Virus record (IMG/VR): IMGVR_UViG_3300032245_001746
Coordinates: 1 to 64,000 of that record
Strand: one strand, 5' to 3'
DNA: 64,000 nucleotides
Shown here: positions 10,090 through 18,626 of the stretch, one piece after another
Position numbering within the stretch: position 1 is the stretch's first letter
How the letters are laid out: each line of letters begins with the position of its first letter
Notes under the pieces: model-generated
Told to the model about the DNA's origin: nothing
The model's input: the letters and a program-made list of their open reading frames with translations, nothing else
The model's database searches: none
Program-made: the position numbers and the translations under genes

Positions 10090-10583
10090 GTTCCTTTAAG
10101 TTTGTTGAAATGTTGTATAATTTCATCAAAATTTTGATTATATTGAATCAATTCAACATTGCCAAGTTCAGCAATTAATTTTGATTTTTCTATCTCTGAC
10201 TCATCTAACAATTTAGAACCAAAACCAGAATAGTATACATTATATATGCCAGATCTAACAATATCTAACATACAACTCTTACAAGGAAACATTGTTACAT
10301 ACATGCTCGATCCAGTTAAATCTTTTCCTTTAGCATGCCAAATAGCATTATCTTCAGCATGATGTACAAAAGAGTATTTATTTGGTCTTGTCCAATCAAC
10401 TAAATCATCTTTTATTTGTTTTGGAACTCCATTATACCCTGAACTAATAGGTTGATTATCATTACTAACAATAATAGCACCAACTTGTGTACTTGGATCT
10501 TTGGATCTCATTGCTGTCATATATGCAAGATACATATAATAATCTTGTTTAGAAATAACATTTCTTGGAGGTGTCATATTCAT
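10086..10583 (-). CDS. dCMP deaminase
   Basis: RSKDPSTQVGA, GYNG, HAEDNA, PCKSC. Confidence 0.93.
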   Translation of the reverse strand: MNMTPPRNVISKQDYYMYLAYMTAMRSKDPSTQVGAIIVSNDNQPISSGYNGVPKQIKDDLVDWTRPNKYSFVHHAEDNAIWHAKGKDLTGSSMYVTMFPCKSCMLDIVRSGIYNVYYSGFGSKLLDESEIEKSKLIAELGNVELIQYNQNFDEIIQHFNKLKGT

Positions 10584-10586
10584 ACT

Positions 10587-11123
10587 TTATTTTAATATAT
10601 TTTCAAAAAGTTTTGCTTGTTCGTGAATTTCTGTAGCAACAACAATGTGCCTGCTTTCATTATACCAACTTTTAACAGAATAAAAAGAATCTTTATTGTT
10701 AGTTAAATGTTTTAAATGAAAAGGAACTTTTGTTTCACAAAAAAGCGTATTTGAAACACAATAATTATTGTTTCCGTTAAATTTTAATCCCATCCTAGCA
10801 ACACATCTTCTAATTGCAATATCATTGTAATGATCACTTTTACCTTTTTGTGTTTTATAATCTAGTCCAGATTCCAAATCTTGATATGAATGAACAAAAA
10901 CATTTTTATTATTTTTTAATAAATCTTTTAAAGAAACGAAATTTTTCATTAAGTGATGATAAAAAGAATCTTCATAAATTTGTAAACCTAATTGTAAAGA
11001 ATACATTTGTTTACCAATATAAAAAACCCAAAACCAATTGCCTTCACCAACTGTTTTATTGACTTTTTCAATAAAAGAATCTCTTTTATTTTTTAAATCT
11101 GATACTTTTATTATATCAATCAT
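10587..11123 (-). CDS. Hypothetical protein
   Basis: 178-aa coupled ORF. Confidence 0.6.
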   Translation of the reverse strand: MIDIIKVSDLKNKRDSFIEKVNKTVGEGNWFWVFYIGKQMYSLQLGLQIYEDSFYHHLMKNFVSLKDLLKNNKNVFVHSYQDLESGLDYKTQKGKSDHYNDIAIRRCVARMGLKFNGNNNYCVSNTLFCETKVPFHLKHLTNNKDSFYSVKSWYNESRHIVVATEIHEQAKLFENILK

Positions 11124-11446
11124 GTTTTTTCTTTATTGTTTTTATTATCTTTCTTTTCTAAAGTTTTATTAGATTTATCATCTTTCTTTTCTAACTTTTC
11201 TTTATTTTTATCCTCTTTTTCATCTTTTTTTTCTGGTTCATCCTGACTTTTTTCTTTTTCATCCTCAAGATCTTTTTTATTTTTTTTAGTTTTATCTTGA
11301 TTTTTTTCTTTATTTTTTTTATCTTTTAAAGAAGACAATTCTTTTTCTAAAGAGTCTAGTTGGTTCAACCAATTATCTAATCGATTTGCATCTAAACTTT
11401 TTGATATTTTTTTATTCTTCCAATCTTTGAGTTTTAATAATTTCAT
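11120..11446 (-). CDS. Highly charged K/E/D-rich protein
   Basis: Probable start MKLLKLKDW at 11446 with GATAAATA 5 nt upstream; low-complexity charged tail. Confidence 0.55.
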   Translation of the reverse strand: MKLLKLKDWKNKKISKSLDANRLDNWLNQLDSLEKELSSLKDKKNKEKNQDKTKKNKKDLEDEKEKSQDEPEKKDEKEDKNKEKLEKKDDKSNKTLEKKDNKNNKEKT

Positions 11447-11768
11447 GATAATATTTATCAACATTGTGTCTTTTTATTTTTAATTTACCTTTTTTTATTT
11501 TTTCCATTTTTTCTAAATCAAAAGTTTTTAAAGCTAATTTGTATTCAATTTCTAATTTTTTACATTTAGATATAATTAATTCTTTTACTCTTTTTCTACA
11601 AAAAAAACCTGTATGCTGTACAAATCTTGTTAAATTACCAAAATTATAGTAATAAACTACAGCAGCTTTAGCCATTTCGGTTCTAAATGCCTTTAAAATA
11701 TATGATTTTTCTTTTGGCAAAATTATATTTTGAAAATCACCAGATATTAATTTTAAATCTTTTTCCAT
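11412..11768 (-). CDS. Hypothetical basic protein
   Basis: 118-aa ORF. Confidence 0.5.
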   Translation of the reverse strand: MEKDLKLISGDFQNIILPKEKSYILKAFRTEMAKAAVVYYYNFGNLTRFVQHTGFFCRKRVKELIISKCKKLEIEYKLALKTFDLEKMEKIKKGKLKIKRHNVDKYYHEIIKTQRLEE

Positions 11769-11832
11769 GTTTTTAATCGATATTAATAAATATTATAACA
11801 ATATATAAATGAATTAAATACAGGAGGTTTTT

Positions 11833-12354
11833 ATGAAAAAAAATATATTTTTGGGTTTATTTTTAATAATATGTGTTGGATGTGGAAGAATATCACCAAT
11901 ATCACCAGAATTAGATCAAAGATTAAATAATACTGATGGTAAAATTGATGAAATTAGAAATAACCAAAATGGATTAATGTTGGAATTAGGAAAAATAAAT
12001 CAACAACAAGAAATTATTGGACGCGATATAGAAAACGCACAAGAAGGAATAATAAATTTAAAAGGATCAAGCAACTCTGGTGTTCAAATATTTTCTGGAG
12101 ATGCTGGATTTTTAATGTTTTTTATAATGATTTTTGCATTCACGTATTCAATTTTACATTATAGAAATAAATTTGTAAAATCTAATAAAGTTTCAGAAAT
12201 ATTAGCTCAACAAATAGCTATAAAAAATGATCTTGAACTAGAACAACAAGTATTTATGTCTGCTTTAAACACAGAAGTAGAAAAAGATGTTTATAAAATA
12301 ATATCAAGACATCAAAATGCAATTAAAGCTTTAAATATTAAAAAAACTACTTAA
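11833..12354 (+). CDS. Lipoprotein with coiled coil and internal TM helix
   Basis: Strong SD AGGAGG; MKKNIFLGLFLIICVGC lipobox; TM FLMFFIMIFAFTYSIL. Confidence 0.7.
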   Translation: MKKNIFLGLFLIICVGCGRISPISPELDQRLNNTDGKIDEIRNNQNGLMLELGKINQQQEIIGRDIENAQEGIINLKGSSNSGVQIFSGDAGFLMFFIMIFAFTYSILHYRNKFVKSNKVSEILAQQIAIKNDLELEQQVFMSALNTEVEKDVYKIISRHQNAIKALNIKKTT

Positions 12355-12607
12355 CATTATATCCTTGAGATATATGTTTTAACACTGGATATCCTTGACA
12401 ATTATCCCCAAGTGGTAATATTTGATTAGGATTAGGTTTTAACTTTTCTTCTTTTACAAGTTTGTCAATTTTAGATTTAAGTTCTTTTTTGTGTTTTAAA
12501 CAATTAAATTGCCCTGGATTATCATCACAGGGCATTAAATATCTACAACATCTTGAACCTTCATGTAAAAGACATATATCTATAACATGTTCTTGAGTTA
12601 ATGACAT
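12347..12607 (-). CDS. Small Cys-containing hypothetical protein
   Basis: C...CCRYL..C...C...GDNCQG. Confidence 0.6.
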   Translation of the reverse strand: MSLTQEHVIDICLLHEGSRCCRYLMPCDDNPGQFNCLKHKKELKSKIDKLVKEEKLKPNPNQILPLGDNCQGYPVLKHISQGYNVK

Positions 12608-12620
12608 TAAAATATTTCTT

Positions 12621-12893
12621 TCAATCTTGAGATTCTAAAGTATTAATTATAACTTGAACTCTTTCAGATAACCATTTTTCCAATTGTTGCTTATCATTTT
12701 TAACATTATTTGGAATTTTTACAATAATTGGAGTAAATTCATCCTCGGAATCTAATAATTGCATGTGTTTTTCAACAACATCTCTTATATACTCCGATGT
12801 AGTCTTGCCAAGTTTTTTAGCACATCCAATAACTTTATTTTTAAATTCCAAATCGGCAGCAACCGACATGTTTTTTATTTTTTTTACAGTCAT
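12621..12893 (-). CDS. Ribbon-helix-helix (CopG-like) DNA-binding protein
   Basis: MSVAADLEFKNKV..AKKLGKTTSEYIRDVV. Confidence 0.55.
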   Translation of the reverse strand: MTVKKIKNMSVAADLEFKNKVIGCAKKLGKTTSEYIRDVVEKHMQLLDSEDEFTPIIVKIPNNVKNDKQQLEKWLSERVQVIINTLESQD

Positions 12894-13165
12894 ACAAAAT
12901 TGTCCTTACAAACATCATAATTTTGTTCTTTAACAACTTTAAAAGATTCTCTAAACTTATTAGCATTAGCTTCTTTAATTTTTCTTCTACGCTTTTCGCC
13001 CTTACTCTCATAAAATTGTTTCTCTTTAAATTTAGTAAGAAGTCCAGAATCGTTTACTGCTTTTTGGAAGCTATGAAGTAATATTTTAAAATTTCTTTCT
13101 CTTTCATCATACGATGCATTTGGATGCAAATGTTTTGCTACTACTTTAATTCTTGTGATCGACAT
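12890..13165 (-). CDS. rpsU: Ribosomal protein bS21 homologue
   Basis: FKILLHSFQKAVNDSGLLTKFKEKQFYESKGEKRRRK matches S21 pattern. Confidence 0.85.
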   Translation of the reverse strand: MSITRIKVVAKHLHPNASYDERERNFKILLHSFQKAVNDSGLLTKFKEKQFYESKGEKRRRKIKEANANKFRESFKVVKEQNYDVCKDNFV

Positions 13166-13176
13166 TAATAATTTCC

Positions 13177-14319
13177 TTAATTAATATTTTTAATTTTAAC
13201 AAATCTAGGTCCAAATTTTTTAACTTTGGCTTTTCTTGCCAATTCATACTTTACAATCTCACTAATTTCAATTGGTGAAGGTAAATTGTCTTTAATAAGA
13301 TCTTTGTCAAGTAATTTGATCTTGCTTACTATAGCCTCAAACAATGATGCATTCCAGTTATTTTTATTCAAATCATTACAAATTGATGAAAATGTATACA
13401 GATTGTCTCGCGGAATATCACTTCCACATAAAATATCAACCTCATATTGTTTAGTATAATTATAAGAAAATCTATCAGAACATAAAATATATGGACACCT
13501 AGCAATTATTGCTAGTCTGGAAATTCCATTAAAAATATCTAAAACCATACCGCAACTTCTTATTGCAGACAAAATGTTTAAAATATCATTATTTTTTATA
13601 AAAATACATTTATCAAAATAATTTAATGATAAATCATAAGTTTTAAAATCCTGATAAATTACAGGAGTAATATTTTCAGAAATTAATTTGTCAATTAAAG
13701 AACTCCAAAATAACTCTGAAATATATTCAAAATGATATCTTCCATTTTTCCACTCTTGAATGTGAGTAGTAGGATGAATGAAAATTTTATTAGGATGCTC
13801 AGACATCTTTTTATTAAAATCATTTCCAAGTATGGAAGAAGACGGAATTGACGGTAAAAACTTTTTAATGTTTTTATAGTTATCAAAAAATTCTTGTCTA
13901 AAACCATTATTATAACAATTATTTAAAACAGAAATATCTAAAATTTCTGGAAAATAATTATTTAAAGCTCGCTTATATCCAGATAATGCTTCAGAAGTAT
14001 TGTTTTGATTCACAGAACTTAAATATATTGATTTTAAATTATTCAAATCAGATATTTCCCAATATTCATCAACATATGGAAATAAACTTTGATTACCATT
14101 CCAAGAACATAATATAAAATATTTACTAGATTTAGATTCTTTTCTAAATCTTTCCATTAATAGACTAGAAACTGGCAAAATGGATTTTAAATCACCAAAA
14201 TAAAACAAAATGGTAACATTAGACATAGTTGTAGGAATATTGTTTTCTATATATTTAACTCTTTTAAACCCACAATTATCAGCAGCTTTCTGTAATATTT
14301 GTTGTACTGTTATTGTCAT
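13177..14319 (-). CDS. GT-B / GT9 (heptosyltransferase)-like protein
   Basis: FGDL..., PYVDEYW, IFIHP..W, LDIFNGISRLAIIARCPYI; paralogue of upstream gene. Confidence 0.55.
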   Translation of the reverse strand: MTITVQQILQKAADNCGFKRVKYIENNIPTTMSNVTILFYFGDLKSILPVSSLLMERFRKESKSSKYFILCSWNGNQSLFPYVDEYWEISDLNNLKSIYLSSVNQNNTSEALSGYKRALNNYFPEILDISVLNNCYNNGFRQEFFDNYKNIKKFLPSIPSSSILGNDFNKKMSEHPNKIFIHPTTHIQEWKNGRYHFEYISELFWSSLIDKLISENITPVIYQDFKTYDLSLNYFDKCIFIKNNDILNILSAIRSCGMVLDIFNGISRLAIIARCPYILCSDRFSYNYTKQYEVDILCGSDIPRDNLYTFSSICNDLNKNNWNASLFEAIVSKIKLLDKDLIKDNLPSPIEISEIVKYELARKAKVKKFGPRFVKIKNIN

Positions 14320-15487
14320 TTTTATTTCCAATTCTTGAATCATTTATGTTTTTTAAATAAAGTGAAGCATCATTAGTATCCAATAAACCAAAAATTTCTT
14401 TAAAATTATCATTTTTTAATTCATCTATAGCCTGATTTACTAATTCAATAGCTTCATTTTGATTGTTTAATACATTAAGATAGTGAGAGATAACAAGTTT
14501 TTTATTTCCAGTTGTTGTTAGATTCAATCTATATCCTTCTTGTCCAGCACCCCAAATTTGATCTGGAGATTCAAACAATATGTAAGGCACCTCCATAATC
14601 GCTGACAATCTAGATGATGCTGTCCAAAATTGAATAGTAAATTCTAATTGTTTTATTATCGCTAGTGTGTATTCTAAATTTCTAGATCTAGGATCTCTAG
14701 AAAAATCAACAATATAATCTACAGGACACTTTAATGTAGATTGTTCTTCGCCTAACCATATAGGATTATAACCAAGATTTTTTAAGTTTTCTATTAATTT
14801 AATATAGAATTCTGATGGTAGATTTCTTCCGTAGCACTGTCTGTTTCTCGCAAATATTCCAACAGGATTGTTTTTCAACAATAATTTTGCATCATTCATA
14901 ACATGTGATGATGGAGACGGTATTTTTGTTGCAATTTTTTTATAATATGAAACGTCAGAATAAATAGATTTATTTAAAAAATTAGAATTGCATTTTGGAC
15001 ATTGGTCAGATTTAGTAATTGTGCTCCATGTATGTTTACAATTTTTGCAATTAGAATAAATATAATAATTACCCATATTTTTAGTAGTAATTATTTTAGA
15101 ATAATTAGCAATATTTTTTTCTAATATTTTTATGTTTTTAGAAACATTATGAAATGCCCTAGCATATTCCCTAAGCCACATCAATTCTGGTTTTAATTCC
15201 CAAAATTCATCAACTAAATGCTTGTAAAGATATTCTCTACCATACCAGCCCAAAACTATAAAATATTTATTTGGATTTTGTTTTTTTATTATATCTATAG
15301 AATATAAAACACCCAATATTTCGCAACCAAATTCACTAAAACAACTTATGTAAACTATATCTTTATCTGGTGGTTTGTCGATATTACTAAATTTAAATAT
15401 ATTAAATTTAATATTATCAATATATGGTTCTTGTTTTATTTCAACTTTATTACCTGGATTATAAAATTTAGCTTTTAATAACTTCAT
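14279..15487 (-). CDS. GT-B / GT9-like protein with Zn ribbon
   Basis: EFGCE, LVDEFW, CKNC..CPKC, RNLPSEFYIKLI, TASSRLSAIMEVPYI. Confidence 0.55.
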   Translation of the reverse strand: MKLLKAKFYNPGNKVEIKQEPYIDNIKFNIFKFSNIDKPPDKDIVYISCFSEFGCEILGVLYSIDIIKKQNPNKYFIVLGWYGREYLYKHLVDEFWELKPELMWLREYARAFHNVSKNIKILEKNIANYSKIITTKNMGNYYIYSNCKNCKHTWSTITKSDQCPKCNSNFLNKSIYSDVSYYKKIATKIPSPSSHVMNDAKLLLKNNPVGIFARNRQCYGRNLPSEFYIKLIENLKNLGYNPIWLGEEQSTLKCPVDYIVDFSRDPRSRNLEYTLAIIKQLEFTIQFWTASSRLSAIMEVPYILFESPDQIWGAGQEGYRLNLTTTGNKKLVISHYLNVLNNQNEAIELVNQAIDELKNDNFKEIFGLLDTNDASLYLKNINDSRIGNKNDNNSTTNITESC

Positions 15488-15502
15488 AACCTAATTAAGT
15501 AA

Positions 15503-16585
15503 TTATTTTCTTGCTATTCTCAAAATTCTTTTCTTTTCTTTCAAATTAAGTAATTCCCAAGTTTCTTTTTTAACATCATCATCTTCCTCTTCATCAAAAG
15601 ATGATCCAGCTAAAGAATACCTGTATGCACCACAACCTAGTTTTCCGCCTCCGTTTCCGTATTTACCAGCTAACTCCTTACATAAGGTTGGAACCATTAC
15701 AGATGCATTCCTGCTTCTAACACAACCTTCTATTCTATCACCATCAACAATAGCAAATGCAACAGCAGTATTAACATCTTCCCAAGATATCATATTGTCA
15801 GCCATATCTGCAATCATATCTCTATGTCTTGATGGAATAATACCTAAACCAACAATTCCTAAACCTTCAGAAATTTCTGCTTTCTCAACAGCAGCAGCTT
15901 TGTGTTCAATCCAAAATTTAGGTCGTTCAAAATTAATTATTTTTTTCAAATTAACTGGATGCCTATAATCGAACATTTGTGCCCAAGCTAAAAATTCATG
16001 CTCCGTAGCATCGTCAGACATTAAAGACTCAGTATCAGTACTAATTCCTACCATTATAGCTGTTGCAACTTTAATGTCATGATCATTATCATCAGAAAAA
16101 CTCAAGTTAAAATTAGAAATTAAATTAAATATAGTACCACAACAACTTCCAGCTTTTAAATTAATGAATAATCCATTAAACCCACCATTAGGTATTTCTT
16201 TATGATGATCAATAACTAGATCAAAATCAACTTTATTTCCATTTAATCCAGCATTTGCTGGAACTGTATCGACTAAAATATTAAAATCATTATTTGACGG
16301 AATATATTCTTTAACATGATGTAAATTTGGATCTAATAAATTTACCATTGCTATATTTTGTGGATGCGATATTGTTTTATCATAATACGATATCGTTTCA
16401 ACAGAAGGGTAAAGTTTTGAAATCATCCACTCAACAGCCATCATGGAACCAATCGCATCTGGATCTGGATAATTATGTGTGAAAATTACCACTCTTGGTG
16501 GTTTATCACTATTAAATTTTTGATTAAATAATTCTTTTAAATTAATAAAATATTGCGGTTTATTACCCGACGTGTCTTCTTCCAT
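15503..16585 (-). CDS. DHH/DHHA1 phosphoesterase (NrnA-like)
   Basis: HNYPDPDAIGS, LVD, IDHH, TDT, GGG. Confidence 0.9.
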   Translation of the reverse strand: MEEDTSGNKPQYFINLKELFNQKFNSDKPPRVVIFTHNYPDPDAIGSMMAVEWMISKLYPSVETISYYDKTISHPQNIAMVNLLDPNLHHVKEYIPSNNDFNILVDTVPANAGLNGNKVDFDLVIDHHKEIPNGGFNGLFINLKAGSCCGTIFNLISNFNLSFSDDNDHDIKVATAIMVGISTDTESLMSDDATEHEFLAWAQMFDYRHPVNLKKIINFERPKFWIEHKAAAVEKAEISEGLGIVGLGIIPSRHRDMIADMADNMISWEDVNTAVAFAIVDGDRIEGCVRSRNASVMVPTLCKELAGKYGNGGGKLGCGAYRYSLAGSSFDEEEDDDVKKETWELLNLKEKKRILRIARK

Positions 16586-16596
16586 TTTAAAACGCC

Positions 16597-17046
16597 CTAA
16601 TTATAAATTAAATTTTTTTGTCTAAGCCACTCGCTCAGATCGACTTGAATATTGGTATTATTACTATCTTTTGTAGTAATGTAAATCTGAACTTTCCAGT
16701 AATTGTCATATTTATTTTTTAATATTATTTTAGGATTACTGCAATTTGCAAGTAAATTGATCACTTGTTTTTCAGAACCCTTAACTGATTCGACATCAAG
16801 AAATGCATGAATGTTTCTGCCATCTTTTAAAATGACTTCAAATTCATGTCCTTTAATAACATTAAATTTTAAAACATCCAAAGGATTTTTCATTTCAATT
16901 AATGCATTTGAAATAGGATCAGATTCATAATGAATTTTTATTCTATGTGAAAATAAATATACGAAAACAGAAAATGTTATCGTAATTAAAAATAAAAATA
17001 AAAATAAATCTTGTTTTTTCATTTTAAATATTAATTGGTGCTGCAA
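16597..17046 (-). CDS. Membrane-anchored protein, possible SNase-like OB fold
   Basis: N-terminal TM; VIKGHEFEV and DLSEWLRQKNL echo thermonuclease fold without catalytic motif. Confidence 0.4.
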   Translation of the reverse strand: MQHQLIFKMKKQDLFLFLFLITITFSVFVYLFSHRIKIHYESDPISNALIEMKNPLDVLKFNVIKGHEFEVILKDGRNIHAFLDVESVKGSEKQVINLLANCSNPKIILKNKYDNYWKVQIYITTKDSNNTNIQVDLSEWLRQKNLIYN

Positions 17047-17554
17047 CTACTGTGTCTTTTAGTTGAACAAATTCATCTAACCAAATTCCATAATGTTTAA
17101 TATTTTTAGATAACACATCTAAATCTAGCGGAGCAACTCTCCATTTAGGATTACCTTCTTCATCTAATTTTATCACATTTGTATACTTGATTCTTCCCAA
17201 ATCATCTTTTACTTTTATCTTTTTCTTTCCTTCTATTACGACTTCTGGTTCATACTCTACCTCACAACGACACAAATGTAAATCTAACAAAGCTTCTTGT
17301 TGTGAAGCATTTAACATGTCATTCCAAACATCTGAACAAAGAATAATAGAAAAATCAAATTTTGGAGTTTGCCAAATTTTATTAAAATCTGAAAATTTGC
17401 CAACCTTTCCCCAATTAAATCGATCTTTAACAAAAGGTTTTGATTCATCAAATGCAACAGCAAATGTTGCATCTTTCAAATGAGGATGATATTTTGTTTT
17501 AACTTGCTCCACAACGTCAAAAACATTTGTTGTAGATTTCCAAACTATAGACAT
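17024..17554 (-). CDS. Phage putative-metallopeptidase family protein, degenerate
   Basis: HPHL..A..A, GKV, FSIIL..DVW..L...QQEALLDLHLCRC (HExxH lost). Confidence 0.55.
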   Translation of the reverse strand: MSIVWKSTTNVFDVVEQVKTKYHPHLKDATFAVAFDESKPFVKDRFNWGKVGKFSDFNKIWQTPKFDFSIILCSDVWNDMLNASQQEALLDLHLCRCEVEYEPEVVIEGKKKIKVKDDLGRIKYTNVIKLDEEGNPKWRVAPLDLDVLSKNIKHYGIWLDEFVQLKDTVVAAPINI

Positions 17555-17594
17555 AAAATTTCCTTTTTAAAGTGTTCATAACACTGTACGTGAA

Positions 17595-18143
17595 TCAAGA
17601 TTGGTTTGGCATAGTTTGTGTCATTTTATCACTCAATTCATTAACCTTCTTTTGAAGTGTTTCAATTTTTTTTGATATATCTTCTGGCTTTTCTCCCAAA
17701 GATTCTTTACTTGCAAGTTTTATTTTTAATTCTTCAATTTCAGATTTTAATTTTGCAAGTTCGTCAATATCTTCATCTGTATATGTTAAATCTAATGATC
17801 TTACGTTTGTTGGATCTTGATCCATGCCCACAGATGATGGTTTAATAGGATTTGGCGACATTGTTAATGCCTTCATTAAATTCTTAACAGATTGATCAAC
17901 TTCTTCATTAGTTAATTTATTATTCAAATAATCATCAAATGCGTTTTGATCCCCATTAAATCCTAATGATAATTTCCAAATATCTTCCCAATATTTTTCA
18001 TCACATTTTGACGTATTATTTTTTTGTACAGATTCAGTAACAAACAATAATTCATCATCTGCTCTTTCTTCTTTCTTGAAAGCATCAGTTTTTAACGCAT
18101 CATTCCATTGATTCAACCATGTTTGAAATATTTCTTCACTCAT
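17595..18143 (-). CDS. Acidic coiled-coil protein, possible head core component
   Basis: C-terminal coiled coil; CATATATA motif upstream; start taken at MSEEIF. Confidence 0.5.
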   Translation of the reverse strand: MSEEIFQTWLNQWNDALKTDAFKKEERADDELLFVTESVQKNNTSKCDEKYWEDIWKLSLGFNGDQNAFDDYLNNKLTNEEVDQSVKNLMKALTMSPNPIKPSSVGMDQDPTNVRSLDLTYTDEDIDELAKLKSEIEELKIKLASKESLGEKPEDISKKIETLQKKVNELSDKMTQTMPNQS

Positions 18144-18210
18144 AATATTGTTTTGAGAAAACTCAATCCTTATATAAAATATCAATTATATATGTTGTTT
18201 TTATACATTT

Positions 18211-18618
18211 TTAGCTTAAAATTGTTCCATTTAAAATATTAGCACAAGACCAGTGCGGATCATTGTGAGGAATATATTCTTTATTGGTATAAAAACTCAT
18301 TTGAAATGTATATTTATAAGGTTTTTCAAAAACTTCTTCCAATTCCATGCCAGATTTTAAATCATTAATAATGCTAATTGGCAATTTAACACTATCTTCT
18401 TCTGTTGCAAGAAATACTTTTTTAGCAAATTGCGTTGCAGCAATTGCTGCACCATCTGTCATTAAAATAGAAACAAATCTTTGTTTGTCGATTCCATTTA
18501 ACAATTCAGCTATAGCGGTATATACCGCTATAACCTGACCTTTTTTTGGTTCATGTAATCTAATATCAAAAAAACAATCATCAAAATTTGATTCGTTTAT
18601 AATTAATTCATTATCCAT
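18211..18618 (-). CDS. Hypothetical protein
   Basis: 135-aa ORF. Confidence 0.6.
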   Translation of the reverse strand: MDNELIINESNFDDCFFDIRLHEPKKGQVIAVYTAIAELLNGIDKQRFVSILMTDGAAIAATQFAKKVFLATEEDSVKLPISIINDLKSGMELEEVFEKPYKYTFQMSFYTNKEYIPHNDPHWSCANILNGTILS

Positions 18619-18626
18619 TTGACTTC

